A stretch of 64,000 nt of DNA from Candidatus Latescibacterota bacterium (GTDB lineage: Bacteria; Latescibacterota; UBA2968): positions 640,001 through 704,000 of the forward strand of contig OZ244960.1 in the NCBI GenBank assembly GCA_965222605.1, read 5' to 3'. Below are positions 20,170-29,843 of this stretch, piece by piece; positions within the stretch are counted from its first letter, which is position 1, and the number at the start of each line of letters is the position of its first letter. The notes below the pieces were generated by a model. That model made no database searches. It had not been told where the DNA came from and saw only the letters and a program-made list of their open reading frames with translations. A program made the translations under genes and the position numbers.

Positions 20170-20940
20170 TCAAATCCCCAGCTTTTTGATAAACGCCAGA
20201 TTCTTTGCGTGATCGGCATTGGGGTCGTCGCCCGAAGGCGTCTCCAGAACAATATACCCATCATAACCGATCTCGCGCATCGCCGCATCTACCGAATCAA
20301 AATCCACGCGCCCATCCCCCAACGCCTGCCGGTCCGTATCCTTGGCGTGAATCATCCCCACACCATCGTGTCCCAACTTCAAAATTTCTTCAGCAGGATC
20401 CTGTCCGCGCGACATCGTATTGCCCGTATCGTGATACACCTTCACCGCGCAAGACCCCACGCGGTCTAAAATCATCACCAGTTGATCCGCGCTAAATGTC
20501 GTCTCCAGATCCAAAATCACGTCGTGTTTTTCCGCAACTTCGCCCAGTGCTTTGAACCCATCCACCAGTTGATCCCATGTCGAACTCGGCCACTCATCCA
20601 TATCTCGCGGAAACATCGGCACCAGAATATGCCGCGTATCAACCGCCGCACACGCCCCAATCACATGCGTCAAAATCTCAACGCCCTCGGCGCGCTTTTC
20701 CGCTTCTGGCAAGGCGGGATGAAATTGTGAAAATACCCCCGGCGACAGAGAAGAAATCTCAACACCCGCTGCATCTGCCAATCCCTTCAACTTCTCTGCT
20801 CCCCCATCTTCCCACAAAATATTCTCCCCATAGTCTCGCCCAACACAAAACTCCACCCCATCAAATCCAATATCTTTCGCCACCGAAAACAACGTTTCCA
20901 TCGGTGCTTTTAACATATTATCTCGAATACCGTATTTCAC
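20170..20940 (-). CDS. Sugar phosphate isomerase/epimerase (xylose-isomerase-like TIM barrel)
   Basis: GFDGVE, LDLET, YHDTGN, IHAKD, LGDGRVDF, GYDGYIVLE. Confidence 0.88.
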   Translation of the reverse strand: MKYGIRDNMLKAPMETLFSVAKDIGFDGVEFCVGRDYGENILWEDGGAEKLKGLADAAGVEISSLSPGVFSQFHPALPEAEKRAEGVEILTHVIGACAAVDTRHILVPMFPRDMDEWPSSTWDQLVDGFKALGEVAEKHDVILDLETTFSADQLVMILDRVGSCAVKVYHDTGNTMSRGQDPAEEILKLGHDGVGMIHAKDTDRQALGDGRVDFDSVDAAMREIGYDGYIVLETPSGDDPNADHAKNLAFIKKLGI

Positions 20941-20990
20941 AACAGATCTCCTTTATCGTGTAAATGTGCGGAAGAACCCTTGAAACGCTG

Positions 20991-22106
20991 TCAACAGAAG
21001 ATTTCGTCTCCAATATCTAATTGCGGCGACACCGCACACAACACCTTCGCAAAGGCTTGCCGCTCGGCGGATGGCCCCACGGTCACGCGAATGCAGCGGG
21101 CGAGCGGAGCCACGCCCGGCATCCGCACGAAGACCCCGTGCTGCAAAAGCATCTGCATCAGCCGCCGCGCTCGTTCGCCACTACCCACGTCGAGGGCCAC
21201 AAAATTAGTCGCCGAAGGCACCGTTTGCAGCCCAAATTCCGCCGCCAGCACCGCGTATTCCCGTCGGCCTTCCTCTACTTGCCGCACCACCGAGCGCACG
21301 AACGCATCGTCGCCCAGCGAAGCAAGTGCCCCGGCTTGGGCGATGCGATTGACGCCAAAGTGATTGCGCACCTTGTCGAGCGCGGCCACCACATCGCGGT
21401 GTGCCAGCGCGTAGCCGACCCTAGCCCCAGCCATGCCGTGCACCTTGGAAAACGTCCGCAACCGCACCACCTGTGCCCGTTCCACTTCCAGCGGCAACAG
21501 GGCATCCTCCGGCGCGAAGTCGATATATGCCTCGTCGAGCAGCAACACACAATCCGGCGGCAACACCGCGATAAAATCCCGCAACTCGTCGGCTCGCTGA
21601 TAGGTGCCCATGGGGTTGTCGGGATTGGCCACGTAGATCAGCTTGGGGCGCACTTGCCGCGCCTTGTCCAACAGGGCCGGCAAGTCCTCCCGATCCGCGC
21701 GATAGGGCACCTTGTGCAACACCGCCCCGTGCCCCTCGACGTGGTAGTTAAACGTGGGATAGGCCCCCAGCGACGTCACCACCGCGTCGCCCGGCTCGGC
21801 AAAAAGGCGCACCAAAAGCCCCAACAGCTCGTCAATCCCCGCACCCAAGACGACCTCTTCCCGCGCCACCCCGTGCCGCACCGCCAACGCCGAGCGCAGC
21901 TCGTATCCCTCTGGATCGTTGTACCAATGCACTTGCTCCACCGCCTCTACCATGGCCTGCCGCGCCCGTGGCGAGATACCAAAATTGCTCTCGTTAGCCC
22001 CAACTCGCAGGGCGAGCGGCTGCCCTTGCTCCCGCTCCAATGCCTCGGGCGGCACAAAGGGAACGGTCGCTGGCAGGGCGCGGACGATGTGCGTAAACGG
22101 CAACAC
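20991..22106 (-). CDS. PLP-dependent class I/II aminotransferase, HisC-like
   Basis: GANES, NPDNPMG, LDEAYIDF, RTFSKVHGMAGARVGY, PSATNFV. Confidence 0.88.
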   Translation of the reverse strand: MLPFTHIVRALPATVPFVPPEALEREQGQPLALRVGANESNFGISPRARQAMVEAVEQVHWYNDPEGYELRSALAVRHGVAREEVVLGAGIDELLGLLVRLFAEPGDAVVTSLGAYPTFNYHVEGHGAVLHKVPYRADREDLPALLDKARQVRPKLIYVANPDNPMGTYQRADELRDFIAVLPPDCVLLLDEAYIDFAPEDALLPLEVERAQVVRLRTFSKVHGMAGARVGYALAHRDVVAALDKVRNHFGVNRIAQAGALASLGDDAFVRSVVRQVEEGRREYAVLAAEFGLQTVPSATNFVALDVGSGERARRLMQMLLQHGVFVRMPGVAPLARCIRVTVGPSAERQAFAKVLCAVSPQLDIGDEIFC

Positions 22107-22109
22107 GGG

Positions 22110-22928
22110 TTAAGACCACACGTAGATTTCGTCGTCGTCTTCGGCATAACCAATGAAGACGGCGAGCACCACCCGCGGATCGTCCCCCTGCACCGCAGGG
22201 ACCTCGTGGATGCAGCGCGTATTGAAGAAATACAAATCGCCCGGCTCGAGCGCGACCTCGCAGTGCGCCACGCCATGCGCGGCCGCATATTCGTGAAAAC
22301 GGCCCTCGGCGATATACGGCTGTATCTCCTCGGTCCACAGACAGCGATGCAACACAGCCTGCACCCCAGGCCCTGCGGAATCCGCGTTCTGCACGCACAG
22401 CACACCGGCAAATTGGTGGGTAAAGCGCGCCACCTCGTAGTTGAACCGCTTTTCGCGCAGAACGACGTGGTCGATGTGCGGACTATAGGCGTGGGTCTCG
22501 TAGTGGATGCGAAAGATGGCCGGGCCGTACAAGCGCCCGTCGCGCTCGCGCGCCGTCTTAACCTCCTTATTGGAAGCCAACGCCTGCAAGTGCCGATAGA
22601 GCAGTTGCATCGGGTCGAGCAAACCCGCAAAAAGGGTAGCAAAAAGCGCGTGCGTCTCCTCCGCATCTGCTAAGAACGCCTCTTGGTCGCCGCCCAAATT
22701 GCCGAGGCTGGTGCCAATGTCGATGCGCGTGCGCTCGTCGCCCGCAGCGCGCAGCAACCCGCGCTCGGCAAAGCGTTCCATCAGCCGCTGGCAATCGGCT
22801 GGCGTACAGACCTGGGGCAACAGAATCGCCGGTATCTCCGCCCGAGCCAAGGCGCCGAGCGGATCGGCGCACTCGTCCGGCCCCACAGGCCGCCAAGCGG
22901 CTCTTGTGTGACCCTGTGGATACTTCAA
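22110..22928 (-). CDS. 2OG-Fe(II) dioxygenase superfamily protein
   Basis: PHID, LEPGDLYFFNTRCIHEV, RVVLAVF; TTG start at 22928 after AAGGAAGG (ATG at 22973 is an alternative). Confidence 0.7.
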   Translation of the reverse strand: MKYPQGHTRAAWRPVGPDECADPLGALARAEIPAILLPQVCTPADCQRLMERFAERGLLRAAGDERTRIDIGTSLGNLGGDQEAFLADAEETHALFATLFAGLLDPMQLLYRHLQALASNKEVKTARERDGRLYGPAIFRIHYETHAYSPHIDHVVLREKRFNYEVARFTHQFAGVLCVQNADSAGPGVQAVLHRCLWTEEIQPYIAEGRFHEYAAAHGVAHCEVALEPGDLYFFNTRCIHEVPAVQGDDPRVVLAVFIGYAEDDDEIYVWS

Positions 22929-22960
22929 TGCGGATCCTTCCTTTTGCACGTTGACAAGAA

Positions 22961-23130
22961 TCACATCCCCCATACCACAACCGCCCCCCTTCGGTTGCCT
23001 CGCGGCGATACACCTTGTCGTCCCACGACGCGTCCTCACTGCGGTCAAAGAGTACCAAGTGCCCTTCTGCCACCGTGCAGCGGTCCAGGTAGGCGCGTGT
23101 CTGCGCCAGTCCTTCGCGCAGCGTCCGCTT
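22961..23130 (-). pseudogene. Orphan C-terminal fragment of an AAA-ATPase/PD-(D/E)XK-type gene
   Basis: EGLAQTRAYLDRCTVAEGHLVLFDRSEDASWDDKVYRRE, then after a frameshift GAVVVWGM*; no N-terminal part. Confidence 0.6.
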
Positions 23131-23146
23131 AGCCTTTGCAGATGCC

Positions 23147-24520
23147 CTACGCCCAATTCTTCGGCCAGTCAAAATGCGCGTTGATATCTTCCACGTATTT
23201 CATCGGCTCATTGGGTTCAATATTAAACAGCGCGTCCAGCGTCTCCAACCCGTGCTGGTATGATTTTGTCTCTTTGCTTTCGAGCACGCCAAACAGCATC
23301 ATTGATTTATCCCCCGACAAAACCGCTTCGAGCGTGCGCTCCATATTGAGCCAATCGGGATAAATGCATTCCAGCATAATCTTCTTCGGCAACGGCGGCA
23401 CGCGCAAAGGCTGAATACCCTTCTTATTTACAATTGCGGGAACTTCCACCGCCACATCGTCGGGAATGCCCGGCAGCGCACCGCAATTGGGCATATTCAC
23501 CTGAAACTGACCTTCTATATTGTTGACCAGCCCATTCATAATCGGAATATGCTGCTCGTGTGTCATCTGATCGCCAAACAAATCAACCGGCCGAATTTTC
23601 TCATCATAAGCCGCCGCCTTCATCTGCTCGTATTTTTTTGCCTTGCCCGCCAGCACCGCATCGCGTCCGGCTGGCGTGTCTTTACCCCCATTGGGATCGT
23701 ACCAGTACTTCCGCGCATCCAAATCCGTGTGATACCACCAACCGCCCCGCCGAGGCGCATCGCCAATAGGCATCAAGCCATACATCTTGTATTGATGAAT
23801 CGCCGCGCGCGACATCTGCGTGGGAATAGCCTTGCCCCCTCGGGTCAACCGCTCCCAATACGCCTCGCTCTCCTCGGCAATCCACCGATCCAACTCTGGA
23901 TACATATCTTCGTTTTCATAGATAAAATCCGTCAGCCAAATATTGTGATTCAACCCCGGAGCCTGCCACGTTACCTCATCCGGATCCAACCCCAATGTAC
24001 TCGCCACCCCCGCATAGCCATAGTGCCCGTGACACAACCCGCACACCTTGATCCCCGTCTCCCGCGTCATCAATGTCGTTCCGGCAAATACCGGATTGCC
24101 CGCCAGCAAAATCCACGCATCGGGACACAGCTTCTCCATATCCCTCGCCACATCCAGCATCAGTTGCAAATTGTGATACTCAGGCATCCCGGTTTTATCG
24201 TAAAAATAACCGCGCTTCGCCGTCATCTTGCGCCGGCGCTGCATAAAATACTCATTGTGTGTCACCGTTGCCGTATTGATCACAAAATCGGCATCTTTTA
24301 ATGCGGCCTCCCTGCTCGTCGTTTTCTCAAACGTCATATTCGCGCTCAAATCCTCGGCATACCGCCGCCCGAGTTCGTAAATCGCATCGAGCACTTCCTC
24401 ATTGATATCCATAAAACAAACGTGGCTGCCATTCAACGCCTTTGTCAGACACAAATCCTTCACCAGACCGAGCGAAAATACCACGCTACCCGCACCAAAA
24501 ATCGTCACCTTATTTGCCAT
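23147..24520 (-). CDS. Glycoside hydrolase family 4 (NAD-dependent alpha-glycosidase)
   Basis: KVTIFGAGSVVF, ALKDADFVIN, GNP, GLCHG, GLNHNIW, VEVPAIVN. Confidence 0.92.
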   Translation of the reverse strand: MANKVTIFGAGSVVFSLGLVKDLCLTKALNGSHVCFMDINEEVLDAIYELGRRYAEDLSANMTFEKTTSREAALKDADFVINTATVTHNEYFMQRRRKMTAKRGYFYDKTGMPEYHNLQLMLDVARDMEKLCPDAWILLAGNPVFAGTTLMTRETGIKVCGLCHGHYGYAGVASTLGLDPDEVTWQAPGLNHNIWLTDFIYENEDMYPELDRWIAEESEAYWERLTRGGKAIPTQMSRAAIHQYKMYGLMPIGDAPRRGGWWYHTDLDARKYWYDPNGGKDTPAGRDAVLAGKAKKYEQMKAAAYDEKIRPVDLFGDQMTHEQHIPIMNGLVNNIEGQFQVNMPNCGALPGIPDDVAVEVPAIVNKKGIQPLRVPPLPKKIMLECIYPDWLNMERTLEAVLSGDKSMMLFGVLESKETKSYQHGLETLDALFNIEPNEPMKYVEDINAHFDWPKNWA

Positions 24521-24637
24521 TGCACACTCCTTAAAAAATTAGAAAGATCAAAACGACTCAAGCAATTTACGACATAGCATCTTAACCCGCCAGTCATTCA
24601 GAAACAGGTGTCATCCTGAAAAAATAGCACAAAGACC

Positions 24638-24666
24638 TTGACGTGGGATTATATTATATGTATAAA
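24638..24666 (+). promoter_or_regulatory. Sigma70-type promoter of the TA module
   Basis: TTGACG-17 nt-TATAAA. Confidence 0.55.
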
Positions 24667-24709
24667 TATATGTATCAAAATATGCCAACTAATGTGAAAC
24701 TGTGTGAAC

Positions 24710-24985
24710 ATGAACTTTGAGTGGGATTCTCAAAAAGACCTTATCAACCAGTCCAAACACCATGTCTCATTTTCTGAAGCTCAGCTTGCGTTTATGGATT
24801 CTCATCGCATTATTGCCGTTGACCATAAACACAGCACATCTGAAGAAACGCGATATTTTTGTTTTGGAAAGGTTGGAGAGCGCGTATTGACAGTCCGTTT
24901 TACTTATCGGGCAGACAAAATTCGCATATTTGGTGCCGGTTATTGGCGCGAAGGAAGGGAGCGTTATGAGCAAGAAAAAATATGA
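24710..24985 (+). CDS. BrnT-family toxin
   Basis: FEWDSQKDLINQSKHHVSFSEA, E.RYFCFG, LTVRFTYR..KIRI. Confidence 0.88.
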   Translation: MNFEWDSQKDLINQSKHHVSFSEAQLAFMDSHRIIAVDHKHSTSEETRYFCFGKVGERVLTVRFTYRADKIRIFGAGYWREGRERYEQEKI

Positions 24986-25211
24986 GAAAGCACCTTCTGG
25001 TATTGCGGAAGCAATCGAACAGGCAGAAGTGATTTCAGATTTTCTGCCGCCACCCGATCAACTCGTCCTGAAAGAAGAGACCGTGCGGATCACGCTAAAC
25101 CTCAACAAAAAGAGTGTCGATTTCTTCAAGCTAAGAGCTAGAGAAAATGGTATTCCCTATCAGCGTATGATCCGCAAAGTGCTCGATATTTACGCCGAGC
25201 GATTCTTATAA
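24966..25211 (+). CDS. BrnA/CopG-family antitoxin
   Basis: DFLPPP, VRITLNL..SVDFFK..A..GIPYQRMIR; overlaps the toxin gene. Confidence 0.85.
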   Translation: MSKKKYEKAPSGIAEAIEQAEVISDFLPPPDQLVLKEETVRITLNLNKKSVDFFKLRARENGIPYQRMIRKVLDIYAERFL

Positions 25212-25259
25212 ACCGCTCGAGTTGTGATCTCTCCTCACCAATGCTTTCTCTGTACAGAC

Positions 25260-26048
25260 TCAACGATTCAGACGCCTTTTCCACTCATCGCCATCAAATT
25301 GCGGGTGATACACTTCGCTGAAAAACCGACGGTGCTCTGGCGAGAGTGAACTGAGCATCTCGTCTGTAAATCCGGGTTTGTGATGGCGCACATTGATGTG
25401 ATTATAAGCAAAAAACAGAGCCATCCGCGGCTCGTCCTGTGTCCAAACACAAGACGTATGGCGCACCGCCTCAGAAAAAACCAACAGAGATCCCGGTGGA
25501 CAGCCATAAGTATCCCACACATCCGAATCGGAATCGTCTAACAAAGGCAGCTTTTTTCTGTAATTGGACTTGTGACTCCCCGGAATAAACGCCGTCCCCC
25601 CTTTCCCCTTCTCCACGCCATTTAATTCCCAAACCACCCTCGTCATCCCGGAGTAAATCCGCCCATCGTGATACTGATAGCTATAATTGGGATTCACGGA
25701 CTTACCGCCGGCATGCGGCGTCCATCCCCTGTGATTATCTCCCTTAAAACGATAAGACAAAAACGCGCCTTCCAGGCGGATCTTCTCAGTCTCATCGTCA
25801 ATAACCGTATGCAACACCCGCATAATCGCCGGATGATCGATTAATACCGATGCGGCCCCCCCCGGCAAACAACACGCTTCGGGCGGCAGAGAATCTCTAT
25901 CGGTACGCAATTTCTCACACTGCGCCTTAATCGGCGCTATCTCATCCTCGCTCAAAACAGCCGGAAAAAGAATATATCCCTTCAGGTCAAACAGCACGGT
26001 TTCTTTCTCCGTCAAAGTTGGCGTCCATTCTTTTGCCGAAATACCCAT
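25260..26048 (-). CDS. PhyH family dioxygenase
   Basis: FDLKGYI, PHAGG, IPGSHKSNY, PPGSLLVFSEAVRH; SD GGAGG before MGISAKEW. Confidence 0.85.
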   Translation of the reverse strand: MGISAKEWTPTLTEKETVLFDLKGYILFPAVLSEDEIAPIKAQCEKLRTDRDSLPPEACCLPGGAASVLIDHPAIMRVLHTVIDDETEKIRLEGAFLSYRFKGDNHRGWTPHAGGKSVNPNYSYQYHDGRIYSGMTRVVWELNGVEKGKGGTAFIPGSHKSNYRKKLPLLDDSDSDVWDTYGCPPGSLLVFSEAVRHTSCVWTQDEPRMALFFAYNHINVRHHKPGFTDEMLSSLSPEHRRFFSEVYHPQFDGDEWKRRLNR

Positions 26049-26064
26049 CTCAAAACCTCCTATT

Positions 26065-27372
26065 TTAATTCTTTTCCACCCACCACATGTCCCGATGCTT
26101 TTCGGCCAAAGCCTGAAGTTCCTGCGCCACCTCGGGATACTCATCAATCACATTGGTCGTCTCGTAGGGATCGTTTTCCATATCAAAAAGCGACAACTCG
26201 ATATACGCCGTATCGTATCGCCCTGGCTCTCCGCCGTTGCCCGCTTCCGCAAGCGTGCGGTAACCGTGTGGCAAATGCAACTTCCACTTGCCATTCCCAC
26301 TGACCACCCCATCGAAATTTCGCGCAGTTGACACCGGATAATACACATGGGAATTGGTCGCATCTGGCTGGCACGTCACAATATCCCAAACATCGACCCC
26401 ATCAATCGGATAATCCGGCGAATCTGCCCCCGCCAACTTAGCAAACGTCGGCAAAAAATCCACCGAACAAAATGCCTGATGCGATATCTCCCCCGCGGGA
26501 ATACCATTGGGATAGCGCATCACACACGCCGAGCGCGTACCCCCGTCAAAACCCGTCCCCTTCGCCTCGCGATAAGGCGTCTTCCCAGCGTGATTGCCAT
26601 AAGAAATCCACGGACCGTTATCCGACGTAAAAACCATGATCGTATCATCCGCCACGCCCGCTTTTTCGAGCGCGTTCATAATCTCACCCACCGACCAATC
26701 GATCTCCATCATCACATCGGCATACAAACCTTTACCCGATTTGCCGTCAAATTTATCGCTGCAAAACAGCGGCACATGCGGCATATTGTGGGGCACGTAC
26801 AGAAAAAACGGCTCATCGGCATGACGCGCGATAAAATCGACCGCGTGCTCTGTGTACCAGGTCGTCAGCATCTTCTGCTGCTCTGGTGACACATCGTCAA
26901 TAACGATCTCCCCATTTTTCCAGAACTGCAATTCCATAGTATCAAAATGCCTGCTCTGCGGATGGTATTTCCACATATCGTTGGAATACATCAAACCCGA
27001 CGACTCATCAAACCCCCGAGCGGGCGGGCGCGTATCCTCGTGATCGCCAATATGCCACTTGCCAAACACCCCTGTTGCATAACCCGCGGGCTTGAGCACC
27101 TCGGCAATTGTAGCAAAACTCGGATCCAGGCCCCGCGCCCGGGGCGGAATCGCGCCATAAACCTTATGCCTGCCTGGATAACATCCCGTCAACAATGACG
27201 CCCGCGACGCCGAACAAATCGCCTGAGGCACGTAAAACTGGTGATAACAACATCCGCCTGCTGCCAATTTTTCCACATTGGGCGTCGGATACGCCGTCTC
27301 TCCAAATGGCCGAAAATCTGCCCATCCGGAATCATCTAAAAAAATCACCACAAAATTTGGCCTTCGGTTCAA
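26065..27372 (-). CDS. Cys-type S1 sulfatase (arylsulfatase-like)
   Basis: RPNFVVIFLDD, CSASRASLLTG, GKWHIG, SDNG; TTG start after GGAGG. Confidence 0.92.
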   Translation of the reverse strand: MNRRPNFVVIFLDDSGWADFRPFGETAYPTPNVEKLAAGGCCYHQFYVPQAICSASRASLLTGCYPGRHKVYGAIPPRARGLDPSFATIAEVLKPAGYATGVFGKWHIGDHEDTRPPARGFDESSGLMYSNDMWKYHPQSRHFDTMELQFWKNGEIVIDDVSPEQQKMLTTWYTEHAVDFIARHADEPFFLYVPHNMPHVPLFCSDKFDGKSGKGLYADVMMEIDWSVGEIMNALEKAGVADDTIMVFTSDNGPWISYGNHAGKTPYREAKGTGFDGGTRSACVMRYPNGIPAGEISHQAFCSVDFLPTFAKLAGADSPDYPIDGVDVWDIVTCQPDATNSHVYYPVSTARNFDGVVSGNGKWKLHLPHGYRTLAEAGNGGEPGRYDTAYIELSLFDMENDPYETTNVIDEYPEVAQELQALAEKHRDMWWVEKN

Positions 27373-27509
27373 GATAGAATCCTCCTTAAATACAAACTCA
27401 GCTATCTGTTTTGCAGTATGCATTGTTCTTGACGACAACACCATACTGCCCGATTATTATTGGAATGCACAATCCGCTATATCAAACGCCAATCTCTATG
27501 GAGTTTTCA

Positions 27510-28412
27510 ATGGCAACCATCTCCAAAGAAGCCACCTCTCGCGTTACCGAAGGCGATGTGGCCTTTTACCGCGAAAATGGATACCTCGTAATCCCCGATG
27601 CACTCACCCCCGAAGAAGTCCAAATCCTGCGCGACGAAACCACAGCCCTGTGCCGCGGGGAGCGCGGCGACATAGGCAATTTGCCCGCCTCTTTGCCCGA
27701 CGATACCGACGACGATGTGATCAAACACATCTTGTGTATCCACCACGTTCACAGAACCTCGCCCATCATGTACGACGCGCTATCCCATCCCGTGATGGTC
27801 GATGGCCTCACAAGCCTCATCGGTCCCAATGTCAAATGCATGCAATCGATGCTCTTCATCAAAAGCGCGGGAAAACCCGGACAAGCATGGCACCAGGATG
27901 AAATCTACATCCCCACCCGCGACCAATCACTCACTGGCGGCTGGTTTGCCCTGGACGATGCCACCACTGAAAACGGCTGCTTGTGGGTCATTCCCGGCTC
28001 GCACAAGCGCGGAATCTTATGGCCCCAACACGTACAGCACGACAAGCGTTTTGACTGCGCCCATGAAACCTTCCGATTTCCCTACACAGATGACGACGCC
28101 ATCCCCGTCGAAGTCAAAACCGGTGCCCTCGTCTTCTTTCACGGCTATCTGCTCCATCGCTCGTTCCCCAACCGCGCCAAGTCCGGCTTCCGCCGCGTAC
28201 TCGTCAATCACTACATGAGCGCGGAATCCCTCCTCCCCTGGCGCAACCTGAAACCCGGCGAACGCATGGCAACGGCAGACATACGAGAAATCATCATGAT
28301 CGCCGGCGACGACCCTTATGCGTACAAAGGCACCGAAATAACGGGACAACCGCATGTGCGATCTGCCGGCGATGGCGGATGCGGCGACGGCAGACAAGAT
28401 GTGCGATCATAA
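27510..28412 (+). CDS. PhyH family dioxygenase
   Basis: FYRENGYL, WHQD, LDDATTENGCLWVIPGSH, FFHGYLLHRS. Confidence 0.92.
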   Translation: MATISKEATSRVTEGDVAFYRENGYLVIPDALTPEEVQILRDETTALCRGERGDIGNLPASLPDDTDDDVIKHILCIHHVHRTSPIMYDALSHPVMVDGLTSLIGPNVKCMQSMLFIKSAGKPGQAWHQDEIYIPTRDQSLTGGWFALDDATTENGCLWVIPGSHKRGILWPQHVQHDKRFDCAHETFRFPYTDDDAIPVEVKTGALVFFHGYLLHRSFPNRAKSGFRRVLVNHYMSAESLLPWRNLKPGERMATADIREIIMIAGDDPYAYKGTEITGQPHVRSAGDGGCGDGRQDVRS

Positions 28413-28417
28413 AAATC

Positions 28418-29833
28418 TTACTGATACTGATCGCCCGGTGCGGGCAAGTACGTTTTCGCAATTTCCGGATCGGTCTCTGTATCCTCAATCAACTGTCTGA
28501 GCGCGTCGTGCAACCGCCTTGCTTCTTCGGGATGGTCTGCAATCACATTTTTCTTTTGACCGGGATCTTCCGGCATATAAAACAACTCATCCACGCGGCG
28601 CTCTGGCATATTGCGACAATCGTATCGCTCAATGCGAATCGGTTTGGGACCTTTGTATTTCAGATCTTTATTGGGCCAATACACCAGTGTCCATGTGCCA
28701 TCAGTAATTGTCGCAGGCACAGTGCCCCAGCTATCATTCAAATTGCGCCCGCTAATTGCAAAATCCCGATGCATCACCGTCTTGCCCTGCAAAACATCGG
28801 CAAATGCTTTCCCCTGCACGCCATTGGGCACATCCAATCCCGCCAGATCGCAAAGCGTGGGAAACACATCTACCGGCTGCACCAGACTATCCACCTGTTT
28901 GCCCGCCATCATCCCATCCGGATGATACACCATAAACGGAATGTGAATCATGGGATCGTAAAGCTGCCCCCAATCTCCCCAGGGCTTGCCCTGTAATCCG
29001 TGGTCGCCAAAATAGTGCCCGTGATCTGCCATCAGCACAAAAATCGTATTCTCCTTTAGACCCAACACACCTATCGTATCCCACAACATACCCAACCACC
29101 GATCCGTCATCGTCACCTCAGCGGCATATAACGCGCGCACGTGGTTGAGTTCCTCATCCGTCATATAATTGCTAAATCCATAACACGGATAAATAAGCTC
29201 ATCGCCTTCATAACCCGGATCGTACATATCCACATAATACTGCGGCGGATCCCACGGCTCGTGCGGATCCCACGAATCAATCCACAGAAAAAACCCATCC
29301 TTCACATAATTCCGCTCCAGCCAGTGCATCGCCTCGGTAAACACGCGCGGACCCAAATAATCCGATTCAAACAAACGCCCGCGCTGGTTAGCCAGATAGC
29401 GCATCACCCCGGATTTTACTTTATCCTCACTGGCCGGCCATGCGATCTCCTCTAATTCATCGCTAATCCACGGCTCACCCCCCTGCCCGCGAATCCATGA
29501 AATAGAACCAAATCCGCGATCCAGAAAATTGCCCTGAGTCATAAACATCGGCGTATCAAAAATCAGCCCGGTTGTATATCCCGCGCGGCGAAAACGCTCG
29601 GCCATCGTGGGCAAATTACCTTCCATTTTATCCCATGTATTAAACGGATGCCCCCAACGTCCCGTAAACAAATCGCGCCGACACGGCAGGGTCGGAAACG
29701 ATCCTGAATACGCCTTTGAAAACACCAGCGACTCACGCGCGATGCGATCCATATTCGGCGTCCTTGCCCGGTCGCCATAAGCACCCACGTGGTCTGTCCG
29801 CAACGAATCCAGCATCACACAAATAATATTCAT
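28418..29833 (-). CDS. Sulfatase-like alkaline-phosphatase-superfamily hydrolase with a T-x-P-x-R active-site motif
   Basis: MLDSLRTDH, TPNMD, SFPTLPCRRDLFTG, DPHEPW, ADHG. Confidence 0.85.
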   Translation of the reverse strand: MNIICVMLDSLRTDHVGAYGDRARTPNMDRIARESLVFSKAYSGSFPTLPCRRDLFTGRWGHPFNTWDKMEGNLPTMAERFRRAGYTTGLIFDTPMFMTQGNFLDRGFGSISWIRGQGGEPWISDELEEIAWPASEDKVKSGVMRYLANQRGRLFESDYLGPRVFTEAMHWLERNYVKDGFFLWIDSWDPHEPWDPPQYYVDMYDPGYEGDELIYPCYGFSNYMTDEELNHVRALYAAEVTMTDRWLGMLWDTIGVLGLKENTIFVLMADHGHYFGDHGLQGKPWGDWGQLYDPMIHIPFMVYHPDGMMAGKQVDSLVQPVDVFPTLCDLAGLDVPNGVQGKAFADVLQGKTVMHRDFAISGRNLNDSWGTVPATITDGTWTLVYWPNKDLKYKGPKPIRIERYDCRNMPERRVDELFYMPEDPGQKKNVIADHPEEARRLHDALRQLIEDTETDPEIAKTYLPAPGDQYQ

Positions 29834-29843
29834 ACATTTCTCC

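Noticed and set aside
20991-22106. Assigning gene symbol hisC
   Set aside because: No his genes nearby and it lies in an apparent insert; the substrate is uncertain
21021-22673. 550-aa plus-strand ORF
   Set aside because: Antisense shadow of two well-supported minus-strand genes in GC-rich DNA; no motifs
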